From: Utricularia gibba
Taxonomy: Eukaryota; Plantae; Magnoliophyta
Assembly: GCA_002189035.1 (NCBI GenBank)
Contig: NEEC01000004.1
Coordinates: forward strand, 5,394,001-5,458,000
Direction: 5' to 3'
Length of the DNA stretch: 64,000 nt
The notes beneath the pieces were generated by a model, which worked only from the letters and a program-made list of their open reading frames with translations, was not told where the DNA came from and did no database searches. Shown one piece after another: positions 11,925 to 25,070 of this stretch. The translations under genes and the position numbers were made by a program. The number at the start of each line of letters is the position of its first letter. Within the stretch, counting starts at the first letter, position 1.

Positions 11925-13507
11925 TTAGAAGATCTGGCAAAGCAATCGAGGAGTGGGGATTGCGACGAGCCTCTGTGCTCTAGGGGCCGTCAGCCCAAAC
12001 ATGTCATTCATGTCCAGTTCACTTGGCTTCATACCCTCCGGCAACTCCCATGTGAAACAGTGAAGAAGATGCGCCACAGCCATTTCCAACGCATGGAGTC
12101 CAAGCTGCATCCCGGGGCAGGACCGCCGACCCGACCCGAACGGAATGAACTCGAAGTTACTGCCCTTGAAATCCGGGGCCGCCTCGCTGAAGAACCGCGA
12201 CGGTTTGAATTCGTTCGGATACTGCCATGCAGTTGGATCGCGCCCGATTGCCCAGGCGTTGATCATGACCCGAGCATTCTTCGGGATATGGTATCCCGAG
12301 ACCGTCGCCGGGGCGGCGGTTTCGTGGAGGAGGAGAGGAATTGGGGGGTGCAGACGGAGAACCTCCTTCAAAGCGCAGCGGAGATAGGAGAGCTTCTCGA
12401 GATCAGCCTCCTCCACTTTGCGCTCTAACCCCACAACGGCTTCTAGCTCTTGCTGAACTTTGCTCAAATCCTCTGGACTTCTTATTAGCTCTGCCATTGC
12501 CCATTCTATAGCAGAAGCAACAGTTTCAGTTCCCCCAAACATCACATCCTGAAAAAATGCCCAAGTTAATAATTATAATACGGATTAGGATTTTGGATCA
12601 TTTATTTCACATTTACCATGATAATTGCCTTGATGTTATCCCTCGTCAGCTTCAGTGATTCATCTTGCTCTGAAACCTTTGATTGGTCACCGTGAAAGGC
12701 GAGCAACTCATCCACCATGTCGGTTTCGATTTGGTTCTTGTTGGCCGTCTTCTCCTTCTCCAGATGTTCATCGATAATTCGATCGATGAACCCGTCGAGA
12801 GACTCGCGAGCTGCGACGAGTCTCCGGTTGAGACCTTGAGGATCAATCCACCCGGGAAGCGGGAAAAAATCAGCGAGATTGAAGGCACCGAAGAGCTTGG
12901 AAAACTCCTGCATAATTTTGATGAATTCATCTTGGCCCACGTCAGAAACGGACCCGAAAGCAGCCCGGTAGGTGATATTCATCGTCAACTTGAAAACCAG
13001 TTCGCCGACGTTGACGGCAGCGCCGGAGCTAAGAGCCACCGCACGAATCATGGCGTCGACCTCATCCTTGACGGAATCCCACGACTCCGCCCTCTTCCGA
13101 CTGAACAATTTAATCACGCAAATCTTACGCATCTGGCGCCAAAAGGGTCCGTAGTGAGCGAACGCCATATCAGCTCTATCGTAAGTCAAGTAGCGTATGG
13201 CGATATTCGCAGGCCGGTTGGAGAATATGTTGTCGTGGATCTGGAGGACCTGCCTGGCGGCGTCGGGGCTGGAGATGGTGACCATGTGGAGGAACCCGAT
13301 GCGGAGGTGGAACACGCCGCCGTATTTCTCGGCAAGCTTCGCAAGTCCCCGGTGCGTCAGCTGGTTCATCATGCCCATGTTTCCGATAACCGGCCATCCC
13401 CGCGGCCCCGGCGGGTAACGCTTGCGATGAAGTAGTATTCGAAGCACAAGGATTGTGAGAATGGCGAAGACGAAGGCGAGTATCAGAGATATTTCTTTCT
13501 CCTCCAT
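11925..13507 (-). CDS. F5H: Ferulate/coniferaldehyde 5-hydroxylase (CYP84A)
   Basis: Exons 13507-12617 and 12548-11925 with a 68-nt GT-AG intron. N-terminal TM, PPGPRGWP hinge, SNRPANIAIRYLTYDRADMAFAHYGP, GGTETVAS I-helix, heme motif PFGSGRRSCPG. Confidence 0.95.
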
Positions 13508-13814
13508 CTCCTCCTCCTGCACCACCACCAAACGTGGGCTATCTATCCATCCTCCCTAATGACGTGCTTCAGATATATACACACACACACAGTGAGAACG
13601 GGGGACGCCACCCCCCGGATGTCAACATTTCCAATTTTTTAATTCAATTTTGTCGTATTTAATAAAATATAATACGCACTCAATCCGTCCTTTTCCAAGT
13701 ATAAAGACCAAGGCAGAGAAGTCCCAACCCGACCCGTATACCCCTTTTCTTGGATAACCCGTTCTGACGTGGATGGACCCGCTCCCATCCACTCACCGTC
13801 ATTTCTTTGTAAGA

Positions 13815-13821
13815 GTTAGGT
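13815..13821 (-). promoter_or_regulatory. AC element / secondary-wall MYB-responsive element (ACCTAAC) upstream of F5H
   Basis: Plus-strand GTTAGGT about 310 bp upstream of the F5H ATG. A 7-mer can occur by chance. Confidence 0.35.
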
Positions 13822-16503
13822 AATCATCTCCGGACAGAAAAATTCAATATCAATGACACGTGTCTCGTCACGCCTCCATCTAAAAATACATTATTTATTT
13901 TACGGAAAAGGGGGTCCCGATCTCACCCACCCCCCGCCCCCTTAAATGTAGGGTTTGCAAGAATGAATGGTCGACACCACGTTTCGTCAGCGATAATAGT
14001 TTCCAATTTGAACTACAAATATTAATTACATTACACACAATGAATTCCCAAGTTTGAAAATGGTTTAATTTTAGGGTTTTCGGACATAAATAGAATAAAA
14101 AAAAAGTTAAAAGGGAGTGTTTTATTTTTAAAATTCCTCCACATAAAAAAAGGCCCTTTTCTAGTTCTTTGCACCATAAATGATTCAGGACAGGAAAGGG
14201 TCGCCTCAGATCCATAATATTAAACCTCAAGTGGCTGGCGGTACCCTCCATCTTATATTTATAAATAATACCTAAATTAAAAATATTATGATTCAAGGTA
14301 CAATTTACTAGTAAAAAAACACTTCATACAATATAATATTTACCTGATCATTCATTATATTTAATATCTTGGCACAATCCTAGAAACTCAAGGGTAATGA
14401 TTAGACACACACCAAACGTGATTTAGGTACAAGCATGTGGTTATGGAACTATATGTTATAACTTTTAGATGGTGGATAATTAAGATCACCTTCTAGTCAG
14501 AAGTGTCATTACCCACAATTGTTTTGAATGATATTGTCCATTTCGAACATCCAACCTTCACGGTTTTACATTTTCTTTTTTTAGAGAAAAGATTTCATGC
14601 AAGATTAGTATAATCCCTCTAATTAATCACATTTACTACTCCATCTATAACCAATGTTGTATGATTAACCATCACTAGTAGCTTGGCCTTACAATAAGTG
14701 ACTGCGGATCCGAAAGGGTTGAGTCAAACGTCGAATGGGCGGCACGCGTAATTCAATTTGTGTGTAAGAGAAGAGGGTGGCGGTTCCCACGGTCCGCCGG
14801 ACAAGGCCGGGTCCTTGTCTGAAACGTGACTTTCCGATGTGTTGTACTCTTTTTTCAAACATTGATCCAGTTTTCAGTGAACAAGCTTCCTTTTTAAAAT
14901 GCCTAAAAAACCCAATTGTTGCTTTCTTATCTGTTGAATAGATTGCCCATGCTTTTGTGAGATGAAACTTGAAGGAAAGGAGTACTAAATTTAACTCTAC
15001 TTTTAGAAACGTGTATTTAATTATATTCTGATTTTTTAGAATCATTCTAATTTTATTTTAAATTAGAAAGAGTAAATGTTAGGTGAGAATTGATGTTGAC
15101 TACAAACTTACAAATATGTGGCCAAATTTTTTATAAATAATTACAGTTGTTATATTTTAAAATAAATATTAATTTTTATTTTAAAAGAAGAAATTCAAAT
15201 AAAGTGTTAAAATTTTTTATAGTAAATGATTCTTGTCTGATAATAAAATTGATTTTTAAATATTTGTTAAAAAACCTTGTATTTGGGACGGGAGCCCACC
15301 CCAACATGACTTCTCGTCCAACAACACCAACCAGGTTTGGTAATTAAAATTCACAATTTCCAGAGAAAAAAAACACACATGTCGTGAGGGGGGACAAGAG
15401 ACCCTAAGTGCCCCATGTGCATCCTCGGGGGGCTGCCTTTTTGCCAAATATTATAAAGTTTTATTTACAAATCTGATTTTGTTTATCTAAAATTTCTAGG
15501 ATTTAAGGATGTCCTCAAGAAGACTGAATTTTGTAAGTTCACACCCAAAGCGGTGCCCCGTCACCACCAACACCAACGTCTCATTGGTGGGCCCGCAGGC
15601 CCCATTCACTTGGTTGACAAAAATGCAAATTTTTTTTCCTTTTTTTAATGATTGCTTAATTTCGACGACATTCCCGCGGGGGCTGACGTAATAAACAATT
15701 AAAAAAAAGATAAATAGGTTGTGAATGGGCCTAGCCCAATTCATTCGCATAGCAGGCATGGGCTTGCACTGCTTTTACCAATTCGAGGCCCAGTGGCCCG
15801 CAAGCGTTTCAGAAATTGATTAATGAATGAGAAATTAGGGGATGCGGGTCCCACACCTCAATCAGAAATTGATAATGGTAGGATTAAATACACAATGTGC
15901 ATGCAATGCCCCTAATGTAATTCCTTCCTACATTATGAGTTTAATTAATACCTGCCCGCTAGACATCTAATTTTAATTAATGGTGCTGCCCATGAAATTA
16001 AATATCCATTAAATACCACAAAATCGCAGCAGCGGGCAGGGGGTACGTAGCCTGGCGCCTCAAACTCACACAGGGGACAAGGGCACAATTTTGTAGGATT
16101 TATTAATTAAATAAACTAGAAAAAATAAAATGAACCTTTTTTTAAAAAGGGAATGAGTTGTGAGGCCGTGAATAAATTTGGAGAAACTATTAATTAATTT
16201 AGTGGTATTCCCAGGAGCTAGCAGCTAGCTACAGTATAATTTATTAATTAATTAATTAATTATTCAGCCTATTTTTTGAATATATAAATTATCCACGTAG
16301 CTACTGATTTTGATGAGAAATGGATGTTTTTCGAAATGAGAAAAGAAAAGTAAAAAGGAAATAGTCAACAAAGCGAACGCCAAGATTCTAAGCAAAATGA
16401 GTACTGTCTTCCGAATCAGTTACACCACTGCCAACAATTTACACCGGAACTGCGTTCCGCCGCCGTACCGGATTAACCACTCTCTTCGTTCCGGTTTCAT
16501 TGT

Positions 16504-17465
16504 TCAAAAGCTGGTAACCTTGGCAGCCTCCGTCTCCGTCTCCGTCTCTGTCTCTTTTTTGCGCCGCATCTCCATGACTTTGCGGTGGTTGTTTGAGTGA
16601 AGCTCGCTTGAGAAAGTGGGGCTACACGCCGGTCGGTACTCGGGCAGCAGGCGCCCCGATTTGTACCTCACCCCGCATGCATTGCAGAGGGTTTTAGAAC
16701 CCAGCGGCCCGGCCCGCCACTGTGGGGTCTTGGTCACGCCGCAATGACTACACCTCCTAGCTTGCACGGCGGCGCCAGAGTCCTCGGACGGTTTCCTTTT
16801 CTTCTTCTGAGATATAAAAGACGACGCCGATGACGACGAGGATGAGGATGAAGTGGCGGTTGACTCCGGGAACGAATGAGACAGCACGGGCCAGACGTGG
16901 CGGGGTCGTTTGGTTCGGGCCTTGGTTTGAACTCCGGAGACAAAACTGGGTTTGTCCTTGAGCGGAGACTCGGTAGAGGGGGGAGTTTGCAATGGTTTCG
17001 GTGGTAATTTTCCGGTGAGGGAGAAATCGGAAAATGAGTCCTCAACGAAATGGGAAAGCCATTCTAGACTCTCCAAGCTCTCCTCCTGAAGAAAAAGAAC
17101 AGTTTTTTGGGGGCTCCCCTTGCTAAAAAATGTTACTTTAAAGTAAACGAATTCAAAATTTCACTCACCGGCGGCATGAATACGCTGTCGGGAAGAGAAT
17201 TGTGCTCACTCTCGGACAAAATAGCATTGCTATGTTTCGGTTGTTTCTCTTGTGACAGTGGGGGAGGTTTGACGACGTTATCCTGCTGCACATTTTGGCC
17301 GGATTCTTCCAGTTTCTGCACCGGCTCTCCGGCATCGGACAACCAATGAGAGAAGTCCAACAACTCGTTGACGAACAAGTCATCCCCTGGGCCGCTGTAC
17401 GCCGATGCGGCGGCAGGGGTCTCCGTTTTACATAACCCACCGGGAGCTCCAAGCAAGCAGTCCAT
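16504..17465 (-). CDS. GATA: GATA transcription factor, subfamily I (GATA5/6/7-like)
   Basis: Exons 17465-17169 and 17085-16504. [12 protein letters not shown] and [13 protein letters not shown] motifs; zinc finger [35 protein letters not shown]. Confidence 0.95.
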
Positions 17466-19029
17466 TCCCTGCAAACAAAAACCCCACAATCGAAAACTTC
17501 AGATTCAGCCACAAAAACCCATTTTTCATGGCAAGAATCCACAGAAAAGAAAAGCGTTTGGGTTTGAAGAAAGGAAAGAGGCAGAGGAGGACCCACCTGT
17601 GTAGCAATGATAGAGAGGCTAAAGCAAAGAGCAGATAAAACAGGAGTTGGGAAAAAATTGTAGCGAGGTCGGTAATGCATTGAATGGGAGAGGAGTGGGA
17701 GATGGATTGAAAAACAGAGGTTTTAAAATCCGAATCCCTCAAATACCCCTAACATGACGCAGTCAGGAAGATAGAATCAGGGAAATAAAACCGTGAATCA
17801 GTTCAAAACACAAAAGAAAAAGGAAAGAAGAACAGCTAAATGGCAAGAGTAAAGTAAAGTTGTTGATAGCTGCATAGTCCAAATATCACTTGTAGTTATT
17901 GCACAAAATTAATATACAGCGGAGGTTGTACTCAGGCGAGTGGTTCACAGGGCAAACATATAATACTCCGGGCTCCCACCACACTTGAATGCAACGTTCA
18001 AGATACCCGTGCAAAGATTTAACTGTTTTCACCCCCTAGCCCTCATCCTTTTACCACCAAAGAAAATACAATATTTCATTTTTACACTTCACCTTAGCAT
18101 GTAAACTTTGAATCGGTGATGAACTTGAAGCGGCACATGCTCAATCTGATACGCCTTTTTCTGTTCTCGGGCGCTGAGCTCGTCACATGAGCTCTTGTGT
18201 TTGCTTCCGATGGTGCATCTGATGGAACGTAGCATGTAATAACAAAATAGCCTTCTTATCCTAAAAAGCTTTATTAAACATGACTGAATCTGGGAAGCAC
18301 CCTACATTCCTTGAATGTAGAAACTAGAAATCCAACGCATCAGCGGCAGCAATTGACATGGAACAGAGCAGGCCAAAAATGCACACCTACATTAATAGAT
18401 CCTTCACAGTCGATAGTGAGTGAAAGGTAAGTTCTATGCGTATAAATCTTTAGCCAAATACCAGGTCATATACATAACGAAGATAAAATTCAAATTTGAC
18501 GTATCAGGCTGAGGAACAGATTTGTACGCCAACCCTTATCAATGAAGAGCAAAACAAAGGTGGCCATTGAAGGCAAAGAGGTAGCGCTACTCCAAATGTT
18601 GGCACACAAGAATATTTTGCGAAAAAAAAAACACAAGGCAACCTCACCTAAACTAGAAGAAGAGCGCAGAACCAGAAAGCAGGAGGTGATGCATCATGTA
18701 CCATTGCAATCGAGACTTTGCAACATGAAAGAAAAGCATCGTTCAACATACAAAAGTGCCTTGTTTAACGTTAAAAAACGTTCTGAAGCATTTTAACAAA
18801 CACATAAGCTGCAATCCTCTCCACCATCTTTAATCATTAAAGCCTACAAAAGAATCCCAGAAAGGGCTACCCGGGACCCCAGACGTAATGTGGAAAATGG
18901 TCTTCCGTTGAGGCAATCGCAACAATTACCCTGAATACAGCGAATGATTATACACAACATAATAAGAATGTGACTTAATTTGATAGCAGGGATGGCCGGC
19001 TGAGAGACTGAAAGATTCTCACTTTCTGC

Positions 19030-19124
19030 AAATGGTCAGAATGTACTGCAAAGAAGTTGCGCCTGTGCTGATATGACATGTTACGATATTCTCGTATTGC
19101 TAAATTGCAGGATCATCACCATTT
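19030..19124 (-). ncRNA. Candidate box C/D snoRNA
   Basis: Minus strand reads AAATG-GTGATGA(C box)...CTGA(D box)-CCATTT, about 95 nt, with complementary terminal arms. It lies just downstream of a site-II-rich promoter. Target not established. Confidence 0.45.
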
Positions 19125-19306
19125 CTTCCGGCACAAGAGCATTTAGCGGGATGTTCCGGAGGAAAAATCTGATCTCACGCCACCGGATAGTGGAGCACAT
19201 TCCCGCGCTCTCATTGGAGCAAAGAAGCTCCCAATGCCGTCACATTTTTTTTATAAATAAAATAGTTAAATATCCTGTGAAAAAAAAAAGAAATTTCTGT
19301 AGAAAA

Positions 19307-19383
19307 TGGGCCGTGGATTACTCAAATAATGGGCCACGATACAGCCCAAATCCACTCTCAAAAACCCGTTCCTCATTGGCCCA
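19307..19383. promoter_or_regulatory. Cluster of four TCP site II elements (TGGGCY)
   Basis: TGGGCC 19307-19312, TGGGCC 19330-19335, AGCCCA 19343-19348, GGCCCA 19378-19383. Confidence 0.6.
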
Positions 19384-19472
19384 CTTTGACTACCAAATTT
19401 GATTAGAGACTGCTAATTTTCCAGCATAGCCTATTAATTACCAGCCGAATAGTCGTCCTAGCAGAGAGTAGA

Positions 19473-19496
19473 TTAGGGTTAGGGTTAGGGTTAGGG
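19473..19496 (+). repeat. Interstitial (TTAGGG)4 telomere-like array
   Basis: Four perfect TTAGGG units followed by TAGG. Confidence 0.9.
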
Positions 19497-19841
19497 TAGG
19501 TTCCAACTCGTAGGCACATCAAACTGAAATACATGAATTATGTTGAAAAAAACAGTTACTATAATATTGGTGTGACTGGAAAAATGGGTTATTTACGTGC
19601 TTATTCCGGCAGGTTAGTTCCATGGGGTGGACTTCTCAGACGAGCTGAGGCGGAGGAGGCCATAGGGCCTGGTTTATTTCCTGTGTTGAATGATCAGACT
19701 ACTAGCAGGATCACCCACTGCTGTGTTTCTACATTCTCTTGCACTTTTGAATAAACAACATGATAATCCAGTAGAATGCATAGCTGATCCCATCCCAAGC
19801 AATTATATGAAGAAGACAGCTTTATCAATGGAGGAGCCCCA

Positions 19842-20849
19842 CCAGTGGTGATATTGAGCTAGCCCCTAAACCAAGCCTTAGCCCCCATCCCTAGAGTTGG
19901 GCTCATGGAATCAAAAGTTCCAGAGTTGCCCAGCTTTATTACATCATCCCCATTAACAGAAAGTCAAACCCCATCTTCCCACAGTGTACTAGAGAAGAGC
20001 CTGTGGATCCAAATGGGTCTACCGTAGAATAGCTCGGGTTACAGTGAATCCATTTCAATGGTAGATTGGATCCCTTGGTGTTCATGACAGACACAGTCAA
20101 ACATACACATGCCCTAAAGTTTTACGGGGTTTGACAGAAAAATAAGTTAGACCGTGGACTATCCCCTAGCGAAGAAGGTCTTGGATTAGGATAGAGGTTA
20201 GAGGAGACGCAACTGACTTCCATTGGTTTGGCTTAGACGTCTGGTTTTGGTATTAGGGATTCCAAGGTTTGGGGGTGATGGAACGCAGTCGTGATCAAAT
20301 ACCCCTATCACCCCGCTTATTAGAATATACAGAAGAAACCGAGAGGTCAACACCGGAAACACACAAAGGAGGGCGTTTGGATTCCTGCAAGTGGTCATCT
20401 CTTATTACATGCATAATGGATTTGCATTATCAGTATATAATTCACATGCTAAAAGTACTTGAATCAGGTTCTTGATCCAATTTCTTGTTTTCCCATTTGT
20501 TGAAAACACGGTTCTAAGTCCTGGTTTAGGTTCTGAAGGCAGCCCCCAGGTCTCGGGTAACATTCATCTATCTTCGCAGAGGTGTTATGGGGGAGGACAA
20601 GATCCAAACTTTGATCCCTCACCGTTCATTTTGAAACCAATCAACAGACACCAGTGTAATACTCTCCCTCATGCAACCCCATCTTGACAACTTCATTACA
20701 AAAAAATGAATAAAAACCAGTGGTGGAAATGGAACTAGTCCCCTACACAAGCGTAGCCCCATCCTATAGAATAGATAGCTCATGGAATCAAAGTTTAGTT
20801 GCCCTACTTTGTTTCTTAATCTAAAATTACTAAAGTCAACACCCCTTCT
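19842..20849. repeat. Pair of degenerate direct repeats (~19842-19978 and ~20717-20849), possible transposon relic
   Basis: Collinear shared cores CCAGTGGTG, GCTCATGGAATCAAA (15/15), AGTTGCCC, AAGTCAA. Confidence 0.55.
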
Positions 20850-22621
20850 CACTTCTTGATTCTGCATATCACTCCTTCTCCCCCGAAGAAACATCAGGGT
20901 TGCAATTCTTGCTCTCTGTTCATCTGCGAATTGTACCCTTATCCCCGACTGTTATCAGCAGTTGCAAGCGGGGGTTTGGTTTGACACAAAAGTTGCAGTA
21001 TAGTAAATCAGACCATGGAGTGTGCCCTAGTGGAGATCCTCTCCATTAGGGCAAGAGCTTAGAGTAGATGAATGGGAACCAAATGATTTCTAGTGCTGTA
21101 GTTTAGACATCTGCATTTGATCCTATTGTAAGAAAAAAAACAATATCATAGTGTTAGTGGGGTTCTCCTTCTAATTTATGTAGCATGTAGTTTAAAATGG
21201 ATAAGATTACACTCCTATTATTGTAATAACATAACTCTCTTTCAAATTTGAATCTCTTTCAAAAACTATGAAAAATAATTTTCAACTAGAAATTACTGGG
21301 AACATGTTATACTTTTGTAAACAAACGCTTCAAAATAATTTTATAAATCATATAATATTTCCTGGAAATATTTCTTATTTTTAACCCAATTTATGTTTTC
21401 ATAAGGAAAAAAAAGTTAAAATGTGATGAAATATTGATATGAAATTGTATTCTCAAGTCTGAATTATGAAATGGGCAAAAATGTAACTTCCCCACCTATC
21501 ACAGTACTTGCTGGCAGGGCGGCGGGGAGACCGCGGATGGGCAATTAATGGGACTCCACGGGCGTTCAAGTATTGGGTGGGAAGAAATGACTAAATCACC
21601 CTCCCCAGTTGGATACTATATTCAACTGCATAATTAAAAGCGTCATTACGAGAATGGTCCCCATGCAAAATCACTTAATCAGGAACATAATTGAGATCTC
21701 ATCTCCTTCACACAAGTCGTCTCCTTCTCCTTCTTCATTGTAATAATAATTAAATAATTCCCTGAATTATTGTTTTAACCCCAAACTTCCTATTTAATTG
21801 CCGCAAATTATGTTGTAGGTTGGAGTTACTGTTTATATTATTATTATTATTATTAAATTACTATTTTCAGTTACCTTTAAATATTGAATGTTCATATCAT
21901 TAGAAAAAATAGATTATTATAATATATACAGCTCCATTACTATCGCTTTCCGAACCCGGGGGTGAATTCAAACTCCATTGGTGTGGGTGACCCGACCCGG
22001 ATGGTGTGGGGCCGACACGTGAGATGGGAGTGGTAGTTGTTCATGATGAGGAGGAGGAAGAGTAACTAGGAGAGAGGTTTTGAAAGAAAAAAAAAAAGAG
22101 AGGAGTAAAGGATTTAAGCTTTGGAAGCAAAGGAACAGTTGCTTTTTGTAAGAACGATGGCGGCGGCGCAGAGCTCGTCTCTTTTAATGCTCCACACCTC
22201 CAATTCAAGAAGCTTCTGAGGGAAAAGAAAAGATGAAGCCCACTTTCGATCTCATTTAAATCCTCCCCTGGTTGCTGTTTCAAAGGAAAAGGAATCTGTT
22301 TCTTTTTCTGATTTTCAGAAACCGCGCGAGGTTGCGTTTGCTCTATTGCAGCCTGTACGGCTTCTCCTCATTCATTCGCAATTCAGAGCTTGTCTGTCTC
22401 CAACCCCATAATTCAAGAATCCCCGAAACAGTACCTGGAGGAAGAATTAAACGCCCGCATGCATTATTTTTCTTTTCTCCTCGGTTCATCATCTTCCCTC
22501 TCTTCTTTTCTACTTGTTTTGGTGGTTGTTTTGCAGCTAGAGTAGATTGTCGGTTCACAATTAATATCTACTAGAAACAAAAGCCCGATTTGAATTTCAA
22601 TTCAGAAATCCCAAAAAAGGG

Positions 22622-23983
22622 ATGGCCGGGTTTTTCTCGCTCTGCACCGGCGGAGGAGGAGCTGCGACCGCTGATCATGAGACCAGTGGCCATAACAACA
22701 ACACCAACAACAACGGAGAGATGAATCCGGAGAGCTGGTTTCTCTACAGGAATGAGGAGAATCCGTACAAAAGTTTCGAGCTTTGGCAACCGCAGCCGCA
22801 GCCGCAGCCTCAGGCTGAGAACTTCTTACAACGGGGTACTACTCTTCAGGATCTCTACGCTTCTGCTGGGGGGCTTGCAGTGGGTCCAGGAAGCGGGGGG
22901 TTCAGTATCTCCGGCGATCATTCTCCGAGATCGGGGTTTTTGATGATGAGGAGCAGCGGCGGGGTGGGATCAGTTGTCAGGATTGTGGGAATCAGGCGAA
23001 GAAGGATTGCTCGCACATGAGGTGTAGGACTTGTTGTAAGAGCAGAGGATTTCAGTGCTCCACCCATGTTAAGAGTACTTGGGTCCCGGCGGCGGTCCGA
23101 CGAGAGCGGCAACAGAGAATCGCGACGCTGCAGCAGCAGAATCAAAATCAAGAGCAGCGGCGAGAACGGGAGATCCCTCCCGGGGTTAAAGAGAACGGGA
23201 AAAGGCAAAGGGCTGAAGACACGAGCCCTGAGCATAACAACAACTCCCTTGTCTGCACTCGGATCGTTACATCCATGACAGGTGAATAAAAGGTTTCGCA
23301 TCTTGCACAGTAAAACCCTTTTGAAGCTTATTTGTTCTTCTTCTATCTTTGTCCTTTACACCAATGCTCGTTTTCTGTTCCTGACAAAAAAAAAATATAT
23401 TGTCAAGGATTGCACCCTATCTCCTTCCCTAGTTCCCAGTTACTACAACACTACTGGAGTTTTTTTTCCTTCCCTATCTTCAAACTCCATAGCTGAATCA
23501 GTTTCAGGAACCCTAGTGTCCATAGTTCATAGCCTTGTCTATGTGTCAGGGATTCAACTTCTCATGTTATTGCACACTTTCGTAGGGTTGGAGCTCGGGA
23601 CATTCCCATCGGAGGTAAGTTCGGAGGCCGTTTTCCGGTGCGTCCGTGTCACAACGTCCGATGACGGTGAAGATAAGTTAGGTTACCAAACAGCGGTTAA
23701 CATCTGTGGGCATGTCTTCAAGGGGATCCTGTACAATCAAGGAGTAGATAACCAGCAATACATGGCCGGTGATACTTCATCCGGCGGCGGGGGCAGTGTC
23801 ACCGCCAGCGGCGCTCAACAGCAACAACTCAATCTGATCACCGGAGGAGCCGGCACTGCTACATCTGACCCCAACACCTCGACCACACCCGGTACTTCCC
23901 CTTTCCTCGATCCTTCTCTATATCCACCTCCCATCAACAGCTTCATGGCTGGTAACCAATTCTTCCCGGCTTCAAGATCCTGA
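22622..23983 (+). CDS. SRS: SHI/STY (SRS) family transcription factor
   Basis: Exons 22622-23281 and 23586-23983. RING-like finger [40 protein letters not shown] and IXGH domain ([13 protein letters not shown]). Needs one extra G in GGGG 22961-22964. Confidence 0.93.
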
Positions 23984-25070
23984 GAACAACCGACACCAGA
24001 TAATCTACTTTAACCTTCTTATTACCATTCATTTTTTACCATGTACTCCACAGTAAAATCCAAGGTGAGGTTATAAGGCGTTTAAAGTAGAACAATGTGG
24101 ACACGCACTGATTTGGATGAAGCCCTTTAGATTATTTTTGAGTTGAATGCAGGAGCTGCATTGATTATTCTCATTTACATATCCCACATGAAGCTTCTTT
24201 GCTTACAGCAATGGCTGCCCCCTCCCCCACTTTATTTATTCTCTGCAGCAGAAAAAAAAAATGTTCTTAATTTCCCTCTCAAAAAGCCTTGAATGACGCG
24301 ACGAGATTGAAGAGATGAGCAGCTGCAGCTGCCCCTTTTAAGTCCTTTCATTCTTTTCGCTTGCCCCTTCTCAAACACGCGCACGCACAACCCTTTTCAC
24401 GTGCGTGCGCCAACCTCGGAGATGGGAAACAAATCAAACACTGTGAGGCAATCGAGAATGATATACTGAAAATTGAAATATATTAGAGAATATAATTTTT
24501 ATTTTTAATTTAAATAAACAACAGAGAATTGAAGGGTTATCATATCAAATGAATTGGGGAATGCAACATGGGAAACACAATTATGTTATGAATTTTGTTG
24601 GTAACTCAAATCAAAGTTACCAAATATACATTGAAATTAAGGATGAGATGAATGTAAATGATTATGCGTAAAACCCTTCAAGTGTAATGTATCATGTGAG
24701 CAACAATGTTTTAAAATTGGGTCGAATTCATCTATGATTTACTTATGCTTTTGAGTTAATAATGAGTTAAGTTGAGTTTAATATATTAGAAACAGGATAA
24801 AAACGAAATAATATAAGATTAAGTGATAAAACAGATTTATTGTATTTTTAATGTTTAAAAAATAGTTTATTGAATCTAAAAAAGTAATTTTTCAGTTTGG
24901 GCCGTAGTTAACTAAAATCTGGAACGTAGGTATGTTTTTAACGTGTTCCTCCCAGTTTGGACTCTATTTATAGGTTCGTTTACATTGGGCCCACATATCC
25001 GATAAGCAACAACTCAAATCGCGCCGTAAAGGCCCAATAGCACACGGTTTGTGGGCGGCCCTGTTGAATT

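Noticed and set aside
18212-18233. GCATCTGATGGAACGTAGC resembling 5.8S rDNA
   Set aside because: Short, needs indels, and flanks do not continue the similarity; not an rDNA fragment
19905-19935. AGAGTTGCCC resembling miR399 or an IPS1-type target mimic (also ~20797)
   Set aside because: Only the 3' half matches; the seed-pairing part (CCTTTGGCA) is missing
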